A stretch of 64,000 nucleotides of DNA from Octopus vulgaris. Taxonomy: Eukaryota. This document shows positions 25,918 through 39,887 of the stretch, in pieces (within the stretch, counting starts at the first letter, position 1; every line of letters starts with the position of its first letter). The stretch lies in the NCBI GenBank assembly GCA_951406725.2, contig OX597821.1, positions 96,968,001-97,032,000 on the forward strand, written 5' to 3'. The notes under the pieces are model-generated. The model searched no databases. It was not told where the DNA came from and was given only the letters and a program-made list of their open reading frames with translations. The position numbers and the translations under genes were made by a program.

Positions 25918-26163
25918 GGTTGGTCCATTCTAAACACCACTACATGTCTATTTTTATGTTATACTATAGGAATAAAAAAAAATTACAATATTCATCATCG
26001 TAGAGGTGGCCTGGGATTCTACCCAAAGATCTTGGGAATATATAATGCGTACACGTAGTACACTTTATGTTGAGTCTTGTATACATGGATGCATAAAGTA
26101 GTGCGCACACATATTTTTCTATACATCAATCATGCGTGAAGCGCATCATTAGGAATCTGATAT

Positions 26164-26545
26164 ACTCTCTTTACTCTTTTACTTGTTTCAGTCATTTGAC
26201 TGCGGCCATGCTGGGGCACCGCCTTTAGTTGAGCAACTCGACCCCGGGACTTATTCTATCGGTCTGTTTTTGCCGAACCGCTAAGTGACGGGGGACGTAA
26301 ACACAACAGCATCGGTTGTCAAACAATGCTAGGGGGACAATCACAGACACACAAACACACACACATATATAAATATACATATATACGACAGGCTTCTTTC
26401 AGTTTCCGTCTACCAAATGCACTCACAAGGCTTTGGTCGACCCGGGGCTATAGCAGAAGACACTTGCCCAAGATGCCACGCAACCATGAACCCGGAACCA
26501 TGTGGTTGGTTAGCAAGCTACTTACCACACAGCCACTCCTGCGCC
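26164..26545 (-). mobile_element. SINE family A
   Basis: Duplicate of 23771-24152. Confidence 0.92.
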
Positions 26546-26992
26546 TCTATTCGATGAAATTAGGTTATCTATGTAATTAATAAACATGTACTCCCTGTAG
26601 TATATATCCCTGTAGTGGATATATAGGCATATATCTGTATATGTATATGCCTATCTAAGTATTTGCATGTCTTTGTATATGCCAGTTTCAATATCTGTAT
26701 GACCCTGTTCGTTGGTCATTTTGTGCGCATATCTTTTTTAATTTGTCTCTGTATATATGTGCGCGCGTGCGTTTGTACATATATGAGTGTATGCATATAG
26801 ACAGGTAAAATTAGGTATATGTGTGTGTGCATGTGTGTATGCATGTGTGTGTAAGGATGCATATGTATATCTAGGAATTTAGGTGTAAGTGCCTGTGTAC
26901 GTCAATATATGTGCACGTACGTGTCTATTTGTAAATATGTGCATGAATGTATACATATGTGTGCGCGTGTGTGTATAGATATACATACATAA

Positions 26993-27048
<56 letters not shown>

Positions 27049-27208
27049 TTATATATACATAAATATACATACATATATGAGTGTGTGTATGTGTGCGTGT
27101 GTTTGTATATGCATCTTTGTATATATGTGTGTATGCATATATCTGTGTATATGTATATCTTTGTATATATGTATGTATATACATATACATATATGTATAT
27201 ACATATAC

Positions 27209-27258
<50 letters not shown>

Positions 27259-27259
27259 G

Positions 27260-27459
<200 letters not shown>

Positions 27460-28389
27460 TCAGTGTCATTCTTGCCAACTCAGTAAAATGTCTTTCACTA
27501 AGGAGGTAAATTAAGACTAAAACTATTCATTTGGTTTAACTGCTTGGCTTCAAAAATGTGACCCGCTTTTATTTCTATATTATGTATATTTTCAAGAAAT
27601 TTCAATTAGCTAAGTACTCTGAAGTAATCTCTTTTCATTTTTGTTTAACATTCTAAACACCACTACAGGGAGTACATGTTTATTAATTACATAGATAACC
27701 TAATTTCATCGAATTTTCTGGATTTTTTTTTTTTCGCGAAGAAAACTGCACCCTATTGCAGTTAGAATTTAGACCGCTCCCTGAGGTATTTCACTTCAAC
27801 CATTTTGTCACTAAAATCTGTACAGCGATATAGCTTTGACGTCAAAATGCGTCTGCGATTCGATAAATGACCCAAATTCACTTTAAGAATAAACAAATAT
27901 AGTTAAACCGAAAGCAGAGAATTAGAAAAGGCGTCGATGGAATTGATAAGACACAGTATATCAAAATGAAAAAGAAAAAAATTTTAAACTAGTTTTACCC
28001 GAAAATTTAGACTATACACGTCGGACCAAATAACCAAATGTCAGAAATACAGCACTCTGCTAACAACTCATTTCTCTGAACTCACAGATTTTCTGAAAAA
28101 AGTTATCTCTCCAGAAATATTATCGAGTCATTAAACAACCTAGGCATATATATTAAATGAAGTGTTAAACACTCGTAGTATACAAATTAATAATTTCAGT
28201 TCTCTAGAGTTACTAGCTATATAAATAGACTGGTTGCTTGTTTCTCTGGAATTGTTCAACTAATGTAGACACCTCTGAATAGACCCTAATAAGAGCCAAA
28301 AATTGATCAAGTCTGTTCATCATTTTTTTTTTCCATCTCTCGAGAAATAAGTAAATTTGATGTGTTTGCATGTCTACTATGGCACTCTG

Positions 28390-29467
28390 TCAATTCCGCG
28401 CATAACAATTCAGTACCGACAATTCAGCTCCGACAATTCCGCACATGGCAATTCAGCGTAAGAACAATTCAGCTCCAAAAATTCCGCACATGACAATTCA
28501 GCGTAAGAACAATTCAGCTCCGACAATTCTGCACATGGCAATTCAGCGCAAGAACAGTTCAGCTCCGACAATTCCGCACATGGCAATTCAGCGCAAGAAC
28601 AGTTCAGCTCCGACAATTCTGCGCATGGCAATTCAGCGCAAGAACAGTTCAGCTCCGACAATTCTGCACATGGCAATTCAGCGCAAGAACAGTTCAGCTC
28701 CGACAATTCCGCACATGGCAATTCAGCGCAAGAACAGTTCAGCTCCGACAATTCTGCGCATGGCAATTCAGCGCAAGAACAGTTCAGCTCCGACAATTCT
28801 GCACATGGCAATTCAGCGCAAGAACAGTTCAGCTCCGACAATTCCGCACATGGCAATTCAGCGCAAGAACAGTTCAGCTCCGACAATTCTGCGCATGGCA
28901 ATTCAGCGCAAGAACAGTTCAGCTCCGACAATTCCGCACATGGCAATTCAGCGTAAGAACAATTCAGCTCCGACAATTCCGCACATGGCAATTCAGCGCA
29001 AGAACAGTTCAGCTCCGACAATTCCGTACATGACAATTCAGTGCAAGAACAGTTCAGCTCCGACAATTCCGCACATGGCAATTCAGTGCAAGAACAGTTC
29101 AGCTCCGACAATTCCGCACATGGCAATTCAGCGCAAGAACAGTTCAGCTCCGACAATTCCGTACATGGCAATTCAGTGCAAGAACAGTTCAGCTCCGACA
29201 ATTCCGCACATGGCAATTCAGTGCAAGAACAGTTCAGCTCCGACAATTCCGTACATGGCAATTCAGTGCAAGAACAGTTCAGCTCCGACAATTCCGCACA
29301 TGGCAATTCAGTGCAAGAACAGTTCAGCTCCGACAATTCCGCACATGGCAATTCAGTGCAAGAACAGTTCAGCTCCGACAATTCCGCACATGGCAATTCA
29401 GCGCATGAACAGTTCAGCTCCGACAATTCCGCACATGACAGTTCAACGCAAGGATAATTCAGCGCAT
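28390..29467. repeat. 45-bp minisatellite, about 22-23 units, each made of 14+15+16-bp CA(A/G)TTC subunits
   Basis: Unit cagttcagctccga-caattccgcacatgg-caattcagcgcaagaa. Confidence 0.97.
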
Positions 29468-29824
29468 CTTTTCTATTTCGAAGTTTTCTATCTCAACGAT
29501 AGCAAAATCCGGTTAATAAAATGTGCTCGCGCCCTTTCTCTGATAAAATCCACTCCATAGGGATCGTTTTTTCATTTTTCAATTAGTAAATATTTGTAAC
29601 CAACTGGAATCCTAAAAAAAAAATAATAATCTACCGTCGTAGGTTTGCAAAATAAAAGTTATGAAATGGTATACTTGTATAAATAGAAAAGAAATGTTTT
29701 TTGACTATTAACAATTGAAACGCTACTTATTATTCAATTGCTGTTAGTGTTAAGAACTTAAAACATACACGAAGTTGAAAAGTTTAGAAATTTTGAAAAA
29801 AAAAAAACTAAATTAAATAGACAC

Positions 29825-30231
29825 AGGCGTGTTTGGTAGGAACTTTGCTTCCCAACTACATGGTTCCGGGTTCAGTCTCACTGCGTGGCACCTTAGGCAA
29901 GTGTCTTCTGCTATAGCCTCAGACCAACCAAAGCCTTGTGTGTGGATTTGGTAGACAGAAACTGAAAAAAGCCCGTCGTATACGTGTGTGTGTGTGTGTG
30001 TGTATGTGTGTGTGTATTTGTCACCCCACCATCGCTTGACAACCGATGCTAGTGTGTTTATGTCCCTGTCACATAGCAGTTCGGCAAAAGAGAACGATAG
30101 AATATGCACTAGGCTTGCAAAGAATAAGTCCTGGGGGCAATCCCTTCGACTAGAAACCTTTTAATGTGGTGCTCCAGCATGGCCGCAGTGAAATGACTGA
30201 AACATGTAGAAGAATAAAAGAATAAAAGAAT
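29825..30231 (+). mobile_element. SINE family A, older copy
   Basis: ggttccgggttcagtctcactgcgtggcaccttaggcaagtgtc...(aataaaag)n tail. Confidence 0.9.
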
Positions 30232-32293
30232 AGACACATAAACACGATGCGCGGAATTGTCAGTTCACGGTCTATGACGTAAGATTACACACATGTATTA
30301 TATTTGTTTTGATTTATTGACAATACTTCACATATTTTGCCCAGCTTCTCACCTGCGTTCCCAAAGGCTTATATCTGTATCATTTACCCACTCACATTTC
30401 AATACTTCAAGCAAATTAAAATACCCTTTCATAATAAATTATATAAATCCTCTAGCCACTTCAGTAGTAGACTACAGTTTCTCAGCATAATAGGTTGATA
30501 GTTAAGGGAATCACAGAGTGTAAATAGATTTAAAAAGATGAGCTCCAGGAAACAACTCAGAACCATAACGCAACAGTTCTCATTGTACACAATCCACCCC
30601 CGACCGACGTTATGGTATAACTAACACATCATATATTCTACACATCATTCTCAGTACTATATCATAACTCACGCAAAATGAATTCTACACAGTCACCTTG
30701 CAAATCTATAACTCAACTTAGACATCACATCCTTTGCACAATCATCTCCCAGTACTATACCACAACCCATAAGCCGAAAGCATACAGCGAACGTATTTCT
30801 AATTAGATGTTAAGTTAACTGCAATTTACCTTTTGCTTGAAGATGTCTCAGAGTAATTCAGCTCAGTTGTTGACCTTCCTTAAATCTAAGTCTTCATACC
30901 TGCTCGAGTACAGTAGTGTACATCTACTTAGCCGGTAAGTGCAGCGAAGTCTACGCTTAGCTTGGAAGTTTTCATAACGTTCAAGTGTGTACTGAGGAGT
31001 CAGCCATACTTGCCGAAATTATTTAAAACAGTATTGGTTTTGAGTTAAAGTTGTTTATTTTCTCACGGAATAATGATTTCTAAGTAGGTTGTTGATATTC
31101 ACTAATAGTTTTTAGATATCGAATATCCCCCGAGTAAAATAGGAATCAAAGATGTTCATACGCAAAAAATGGTTGAGAACCAGTGATCTAGAAGTTTGTT
31201 CGTTGGCCGGTTTCCAAAACCCTAACCCTCAGGTGTTGGAACTGAGCATCAATAATGTCACCCTCACCAATCGGAAAAAGATATATGCACTAACTCTCCT
31301 GCATTAAAAAAATATGAAAATAACCGCCATTGCTGGAAGATGGTTTGTAGATATTGTCTGGTATTGACTTTATTGAACCAAGAAATCTAAAAGAAATATA
31401 AATGTTAATCTCGGATATATTTGAGTTAAAACGTCCAGCGGCGTAAGTATAATTTCATGGGACAGTTTTTTGACACGACTCAGCCGATTCTGAAATCCTT
31501 GTGCCTTCCCATCCTTTTAAAATACGAATTGGACGAAAGTTGGAGATGAAATCAAAACATAATTGTTCGTTACTAAGGAGGTATTGCTTTTTATCCAGTC
31601 TTTGACCGATATTCAACTAAAATACATTGACACAAACCATTAGTGTCAATGAGCGTAAAATTTTTGAGGGTCATTTTCACTAAAGTATTGATTGAAATAT
31701 ACACAGCTTCAATTTCAGAATAAAATATCTTACTTTTCTTAAATAGGATGTGTGTGTGTGGATGTGTATGTAAGTTAAGAATACACACACATACGTATAT
31801 ACTCACACTCATATGCATATACACATACACAGACATATATATATACTCACACACACATATGCATATGAATGTGTGTATGTATGTGTGTATGTATGTATGT
31901 AAATATGTATGTATCTATGTATATGTATATATATGTGTGTGTGTGTACGTGTCTGAGTGTGTGCGTATATATTATATATATATATATATATGTATACATG
32001 CATACGTGTATGTATGTCCATATATATATATATATATATATATACGCGCATATATGTTCGTATGTGTGAGTATATGTTATATGTTTTATACATACATAAA
32101 TGCATGCATGCATGCATGTATATATACATACATACATACATACATACATACATACATACATACATACATACTTGCTGAATCCTAAGAAATGTAACGAAAG
32201 CAATTTGCGTGAAAAGCGGTAACTGAGTCAAACTAGGTGCAAAGTTGAATGACAAAATTAGATATCTATATTTATATTTATGTCAACTGTTTA

Positions 32294-32356
<63 letters not shown>

Positions 32357-33012
32357 CAAATTCGGGCATCTCCGGATTTTAACGGAAATGCCAGAAATAT
32401 ATCAGATATCTGCGGCGTTCAGCGGAACAGATGTTAATAAATAGCTATATTTCTGGGGTTTGACGGAACAATCAAAGAGAAAGATGGAAAATTTCAGTGT
32501 TTAGCGGAACAGTCTGGCAGAAAGAGCGGACGCTTCCTTATTTGGCGAATTAGCAAGATAAAAATAAAAATAAAAGATAAAATGTAATTCAAAAGTTGAG
32601 TGGAACTAACGGATACAAAAAAGGCAGGCATCAGCTAATCAATGAAATATCCAAAGATTGGAAATGAAGAAAGAAGGTGGATGCCTCCCCCTGTTGAGAG
32701 GAACAGTCCGAAAAATGACATTTGGACTTCCGTGATAGTTGGTGGGTCATGTAAAGCTGCTAACTATTCGATAGTTAAATAAATTAGAAGCAATAAAATT
32801 GATGTTAAATATTTGAAATTTTTAAGGATTAAATTTCATTGCAGAGACCATAGTGGGGAGGGAAAAATTTCATGTAATACGAGAATATGCGCTTAAACAC
32901 AGAGGTCATAGAGAAACAGGGAAGATAGTATTGAGAAATTAGGTTTTCGATTAGAACTACACATTGGCGTGTTCTGCCACTGTGCCTGTCTCTCTGTCTA
33001 CACACACACACA

Positions 33013-33077
<65 letters not shown>

Positions 33078-33087
33078 AAATATATAT

Positions 33088-33170
<83 letters not shown>

Positions 33171-33189
33171 AAGAAAGAAACAAACAAAC

Positions 33190-34482
33190 AAACATTGTGA
33201 ACTGTATATTTGGGTTTTTGAATTTTAGGAGTTTATCTGTGTTTTCATTCCAGAGTATAAAACAATCGTCCAGGAATCGTTTCCAATTCTCTTTTACGTA
33301 TTGAGAGAGGGGGTTTCCAAAGATTGATAAAGATTCCTGGTAAATGATTATTTCCATGTATCCCATTGTTAAGTTCGCAATGACTGGTGCTGCCCTTGTA
33401 CCCATAGCAATTCCGGATTTTTTACGGTAAAATGTATTGTCAAACTTGAAGTGGTTATTATGTAGGATGAATTCAATTGATTTAGTAATGAATTCAATTG
33501 ATTTAGTAATGAATTCTTTGCTGATCCTTTTTGGTATTTCTTCCGGAAATTGGTCCAGCCAGAACTGTATTGCCTCTAGTCCATAATTATGAGGTATACT
33601 GGTATATAAGTTAACTACATCAAATGAAACCATGATTGTTTCTTCCTTGGCTTTTTTTGGAAGGTGGTTTAACATATCTAAGTCATCTCTGATATGGTTA
33701 TCGATATGTTTAAGGAAGGGTTTCAGGAGGATGTCCATAAATAGACTTAGTCTGTGTGTTTCACAGGTTTGGCCAGCTACAATGGGTCGTAGTTTTAGGT
33801 CCCCCGGGTTAGGTATGTGTATGTATGTCTTTGGTGATTTTTTAATGGTTTCATTTATAATTTGGCTTTTATGAATTTTTGGCAGACCATAGAAGAGGCT
33901 AGGTTTGCATTTAAAGTTTGTTAGAAAGTCAATCTCTTTGGTTGTTAGTTCCTTTTCATGGGTTTTAATTAGTGAAGATAGAGTTTTCATTATTTTTTGT
34001 TGGGTGTAGTTGGTGATTTTTTCATAATGTTGGTTGTCATCAAGCAAGGAGATTATAAGATTTCTATAGTATGATGTATCCATTATTACAACTGCACTTC
34101 CCTTGTCTGCTTCCTTAATGGTTATATCTTCATCATTTTGAAGTTTTATCAGTTCTTTCCATTGTGTAGTGTTAAAATTTGGGTTAGCTTTCTGTTTATG
34201 TATAGTATGGTAGGGGAAGTTCTCAATGTGGTTACAGAATTCGTCAAGATCTTTATTTCTTCCTCTGTGTGGGATGTGTTCACTTTTGTTCTTGACTAGT
34301 GATTCATCTTCACTATTGAAACTGGTTGATGCTTCTGCTAGTCTTAATTTTCTGCAAAATTCTGTTATATTATCCTTGATTTCATTTAGGTTGGCTCTGC
34401 GTGGAGTTGGTGTAAATTTGAGCCCTTTTGAGAGGATGTCAATTTTTATGTTAGAGAGAGGTTTGGTTGAAAGGTTGATTAT
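33190..34482 (-). pseudogene. Penelope-like element RT region, ~430 open codons, 3'-truncated at a microsatellite
   Basis: INLS..ILSKGLKFTPTP, ITIKEADKGSAVVIMD, FYGLPKIHK, LRPIVAG, SFDVVNLYTSIP, GIAMGTRAAP, RFLDDCF; in-frame 21-bp duplication FITKSIE; the ORF tail beyond 33190 is microsatellite read-through. Confidence 0.94.
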
Positions 34483-34868
34483 CTTCGGTTTTTCCTTATT
34501 ACTAGGTTCCAGCCTGTGTCCTGGTGTCTCTGGTCCCTGGCTAAAAAATGTTGGGTGTAATTTTGTTTGTATGAATTGTCTGTGAGGTTGTGTGATATTG
34601 GGTCGGGGGAATGGTGGTATTGTTGCCCCCGATTGTTGTGTGTGTGGGGGGGGAATCTATAGTTGTTTTTGTTTGTGGTGTGTGTAAAATTTCTGTATGT
34701 GAAATATTTTTGTTTCGAACTGCTTGTATGTGGGATGTTGCTTGACATAGTGTTTTTTGCGTCATTGTATGAAAAAAATTTATAACATTCTTCAGACATA
34801 ATAACTCAAATATATATTTTTTAACCTTCTAAAACAAGCCTTCTGTAGTTTTTTCACTTTTTACTATT

Positions 34869-34908
<40 letters not shown>

Positions 34909-35552
34909 GGTATAGGCAGTTATGGTAATATTAAACTTAAAACGCAATTGAAGCAATATTTATGTTTAACACACAGAGTTCAGAAGAGATGTTACTTTAG
35001 GGCGAATATTGCAGTAACTGGTCTATTACTAGCATGGTAGATAGATGACTATTTTGATTTGACATTGCCTCAATCGCGTATACCGAATTTTTATTCAGTT
35101 GGGTGACTATATACAGTTTCCTATATCAGAAGCAACGAATTCTTGTCCGGGCTTGTGACATGGTTGCGAGTATAAGCTATGTAAAGAAGCCCAAAGAGGA
35201 CAAAATGCATTTAGTGTTCTCGCTGGTCGTTGATAGGGAGTGATTTCTCGTCTCTGATGATTATTGTGTTTTTAACACAACGCTTCCAAAGGACCTGTTG
35301 GTTCTGTATGAATAATGTAGTAGAGGGCCTACGAACAGTGTATATTCATTGAATATGGTAGGGATATGGCTATACACACACACACATACATCCGATTTTA
35401 TATACTGAAATACAACTATGGAATATATTTTCACAGAAATACATGTCTATAAGCATGTTGGGAAAAGAAGAATGTAGTCTATTTATTAGGTGAGGTCTTG
35501 TGAACCCACATGTATATTCGCATGCGTGAGTGTGTGCATGTATATATATATA

Positions 35553-35602
<50 letters not shown>

Positions 35603-38600
35603 GTAGGATGCGTGTGCGTGAATATAATTTATGCACGTTCACAAATTAGCACGCATGTTGCTCCAGTTTTAGGAGGACATTCGTCACGATCCTACCTAGG
35701 TTTTGTCAACTTATTTTTTTCCCGAGGCACCCGCGAATAGCGGTAAAAATCTATTTTCAACCATATCTTTTACCAATTTTGAAGTTTACTAACACGAGTT
35801 AAGTCTCTTCTTGCCTTAGCTAGCCTTAGCCAAGTGAATGTGTGTGTGTATGTGTGTGAAGGAGGGAGAGAAGTTGTGTGATGATGTATGTGCGTGTGTG
35901 AGGGAGAGAGAGAGTGTGTGTTTGACAGCATAACAAAAAAGTAAAGGAAAAGTATGTATAAGGGAGAGAGGGAGAGAATTTGACAGTATCTAAAAAACAA
36001 GGTAAAGAAAAAGTGGGAGGGAGAGAGAGAGAGAGAGAGAGAGAGGGTGTGGTTGGCAGTGTCTAACAAGAGAAAAAGTAAAATGTTTTGTTTTTTACTT
36101 AAACACGAGATATAGTCTTCAAATTTAGGATGTTTTTGAAAGACTATATTTTATAATCAGATTATGTATACTTTCTCACACAACAATTAAAAAATATTCA
36201 TTTTAAATTATTTATTTATTTTAAATCGTTCATGTTTCTCCCCCCTCACACACACGCACACACACATTACTTTGAGCCAGCAGGAGTGGTTTTACTTGCG
36301 ACTTCTTCTTCGTGAAGTTGTCGGTCCAGAAAGCTTTCAGGACATCAGAACTGTTGACAATGTGTGCTATGATACGTTGCGGGCAGCCTGCTTTCAGCGT
36401 GGGATTTTGGAGGATGACTCGCAATGGGATTCTACTGAAGGGGCTTTGCTAAATTCACCTAAAAGCTTACGGCAAGTTTTTGCTATTTTGCTCCCAAAAT
36501 GTGGGTTGTCCGATCCAGCTTCTTTGTGGGTGAAGTATAGTCTGAGGATTTCCTTCAGATGGCAAAGCAACAGTGCCCTAATGCTGACATTGGATACAAT
36601 GACCTGATCTACAATAATGCGCTGATTGAAATCGTGATGCCCTGCTCAAAATGGGTGGGGAAGCGTTGAACACATTCGGTTTGCCATCCTCATTGCGAGA
36701 GGATGTTAACACACTCGCATCAAAGTTACTTCTGGAGTTGTCATATGATGCTGATGGCCTTGCGGAGTACCTGAGAGTAAACGAACCGAAATTGCTCCCT
36801 GATCAGAGGCTGGCGTACGAATCTGTCATCAGTGCTGTTGAAAAACAGACGGGCGGCATTTTTTCCTTGATGCTCCTGGAGGTACCGGAAAATCCTTTGC
36901 AACACAATTAATACTTGCTAAGATTCGTCGCGAGAAACAAATTGCGTTAGCTGTTGCCTCCTCAGAAATCGCTGCTACGTTATTGCCGGGGGGTAGGACG
37001 GCACACTCGGCATTCAAGCTGCCTTTGGATTTGGTGAGGGCTGAGGTTCCTACTTGCAACATTGGCAAAAATTCAGAGGAAGCTGAAGTTCTTAGACAGT
37101 GCCGTCTTATTGTATGGGATGAATGCACAATGGCCAATAAGGGTTCCCTTGAAGCACTGGACCGGTCACTGAAAGATATCAGGGATTCTACAACTTCAAT
37201 GGGTGGTGTAACTCTATTGCTTTCAGGAGATTTCCGGCAAACCCTTCCTGTCATCTCTAAAGGTAGCAGGGCTGATGAAGTGTGCGTATGCCTTAAGTCA
37301 TCCACGCTGTGGCCCCAGGTTAAGACGTTAAGCCTAAGCACAAACATGCGTGTGCACTTGCTTGGTGATAGCACGTCTGCAGCATTTGCTGAAAACATTT
37401 TAGCCCTTGGAGAAGGCAAGATCTCTAGGAATGATAGGGGTGACATATCTATCTCTGATCTGTGCAACACCGTGGACAACCCTTCCGATCTTTTGGAAAC
37501 AGTGTTCCCCAATCTGGAAAGTAATTATACAAACATCAATTGGCTCAGTGAAAGAATCATCCTGGCCCCTAAAAACGTAGCTGTCAGTGCTATCAACGAC
37601 CGGCTCATAAGCCGAATTCCAGGTGAAGAGCGCATCTACAAGTCGATTGACCGGACCTCTGACCCCCAAGACATTGTCAATTACCCAACTCATTGGAGCC
37701 AGCAGGGCTTCCACCTCACATTCTTAGGCTAAGGGATGGATACCCAACTATGCTAATCAGAAACTTGCTTACGCCTAAACAGTGCAATGGGACCCGCTTA
37801 GTAGTCAAGTCCCTGATACCCCACTTGATTGAGGCCACCATTGTTACAGGTGCGGGATGGGTGAAAACGTTTTCATTTCAAGGATGCACCTTTATCCCTA
37901 GGGGTCAGACATGCCGTTTAACTTCCGCAGATCGCAGTTCCCGGTGAGACCATGCTTTGCCATGTCCATCAACAAATCCCAAGGCCAAACACTATCGGTG
38001 GCAAGCATCCATTTGGGGGAGCCATGTTTTTCACATGGGCAACTTTATGTGGCCTGCTCCCGTGTGGGGAGTAGAAACGCTCTTTTTTTGTATGCTCCTC
38101 ATGGCAGAACACGCAATGTTGTGTATAGCAAAGTTTTATAGACAAGTCGTCATTACAGCCGATGTGGTTATAAACAGGTGATCCAGAAGCATTGGCTGGA
38201 TATATTCTCAGACCATGGACTCTTCCGCTTTTTTATTGGACAATACTGACGTCCACAACAATGTTCACCTAGCCGATATCAGTGCTTGGCCGATATCAGT
38301 GCTCATAGAGTTAGGCTAGAAGGGACAGGCCCTATATTTTTGGGTTAAAGCTGTTGTTCAGTTTTCCTAAGTTACTCCAATCCAGATCCCCAATGCAAAC
38401 CTTCGGATCAACCTTCTCCTATACAGATCTCTAATGCAACTTTATCCAATCCAAATCTTTGAGTCACTCATCTTCACTGTAGAGCTCCAATGCAAACATT
38501 CAATGCATCCTTATCCAATACAAGCCTTCGATGCAACCTTCTCCAATGCAGATTTCCAAGACAACCCTCTCCAATGCAAATCTTCGATGCAGCCCTGACC

Positions 38601-39060
38601 CTAGGAGGGGTTAGGACTAGATTAGGATTAGTCGCTGCCTTGCCGGAGGGGTTTCTAACTCATAGACCAAGGGGGTTAGATGATAGGGGTGGTGTCTTCA
38701 AAAGAGCTGGCATGTGCAACCTGATCACCTCTGCCGGTCAAACGCCCAACCCATGCGTTCCCGTCGCGACACTGATTCTGCAGAACTGGATTGAGTGTGA
38801 AAACCAACCTTAAAATATAAATATAGATCTTTTTGAATCAGGAATGCTGTCCTATTTGGGGCGAAAAATCAATAAACTGATAAACCGATTCCTTATAGGA
38901 TTTCCCACTAAAATTGGTTACACCCCATTTTCAATCATAACTTTTACCAGTTTTGACATATTTTGTCCAAACTTGATGCCAGCATTACTTAGGACCCATG
39001 GGATCTTTGAATGCTTTAAATTCTCAATATATATATTAAAAAATATATACATACTGCTAC
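35553..39060 (+). mobile_element. Possible extent of a deleted Helitron containing the helicase remnant
   Basis: 5' TCTATATA...AAAAGGTAGGATGCGTGTG resembles the 5' ends of local Helitrons; atactgctac at 39051-39060 resembles their ...atactgCTAG end, but no hairpin is visible. Confidence 0.35.
36265..38141 (+). pseudogene. Helitron RepHel C-terminal half (Pif1-family helicase), multiple frameshifts
   Basis: FYLRLLL..V.GPESFQDIRTV, FFLDAPGGTGKSF (Walker A), LPGGRTAHSAFKLP, IVWDECTM, GDFRQTLPV, ILAPKN, CNGTRL, QFPVRPCFAMSINKSQGQTL, FSHGQLYVACSRV. Confidence 0.95.
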
Positions 39061-39141
39061 TATATATATATATACACACACACATACACATACACACACA
39101 CATTTATATGTAGCTTATATGTATATATACATATATACACA

Positions 39142-39175
<34 letters not shown>

Positions 39176-39350
39176 ATAATACAGTTCTATATTTAAAAGA
39201 TGAGGAATTACGTACATTATTTACATTATTTATATTTGACATTATTCATATTGTTAACAACAAGTTGAGGACAAATATCCGTCAAATATAAATAATGTAA
39301 ATAATATATATAATGTATGTATATATATATGTGTGAATGTGTGTGTGTGA

Positions 39351-39410
<60 letters not shown>

Positions 39411-39464
39411 CGGAGATTGTACATGCATAGCAAGTGACTTCATCAGAAATCGTGTGCTGAAACA

Positions 39465-39504
39465 AAAACAATTTCAGCGTGGAAGGCGTTTATAAGCCAT
39501 TAAA

Positions 39505-39560
<56 letters not shown>

Positions 39561-39668
39561 CGTTTCGCTTTGAAACCGCGACTTGTTCACTGACAAAATT
39601 TCGTAAATCTAACGGTTTTTGTGTTTTCTTTAAATGGCTTATAAACACCTTCCACGCTGCAATTGTTT
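39465..39668. repeat. Fold-back element with ~40-bp inverted arms around (CA)n
   Basis: aaacaatttcagcgtggaaggcgtttataagccatt versus aatggcttataaacaccttccacgctgcaattgttt. Confidence 0.8.
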
Positions 39669-39887
39669 ATATGTATATATAAATGGTACTTTTGGTTACC
39701 TCACCCTCATTAAAACATTTTATCTTCCCCTTTCTACGAGAAATATCGGTACTTTAGGTCATCTCCCGCATCTAAAAAAAAAACTTGTTTAACCCTGAAT
39801 TAAAATTAAAAAACATGAAAACTGAAAACTGAAAAAAATGAATCATCTGATTGAATCTGATAACATTTTTATAAGAAATCATACCAT

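Larger units (their letters stand above)
22468..27258. repeat. Tandem segmental duplication, two ~2.39-kb units (about 22468-24854 and 24855-27258)
   Basis: LTR portion, two SINEs and unique spacers are repeated colinearly with few differences. Confidence 0.93.
28383..30268. mobile_element. Putative non-autonomous TIR DNA transposon with a subterminal minisatellite
   Basis: Left ctgtcaattccgcgcat (28387-28403) is the inverse of right atgcgcggaattgtcag (30247-30263), 16/17 match; no clean TSD seen. Confidence 0.5.

Noticed and set aside
28390-29467. CRISPR-like array
   Set aside because: Units are contiguous with no unique spacers, there are no cas genes, and the context is eukaryotic.
28410-29560. 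Long repeat ORFs (338, 371 and 138 aa), including a Cys-rich ELNCSCAELPCAELS repeat
   Set aside because: A 45-bp unit without stops is open on both strands automatically; there is no unique N- or C-terminal domain or splice evidence.
36829-37714. Minus-strand ORFs of 227 and 104 aa
   Set aside because: Antisense to the Helitron helicase; no motifs of their own.
36983-38141. Host PIF1 helicase gene
   Set aside because: Intronless, multiply frameshifted and preceded by Helitron-specific RepHel linker motifs.
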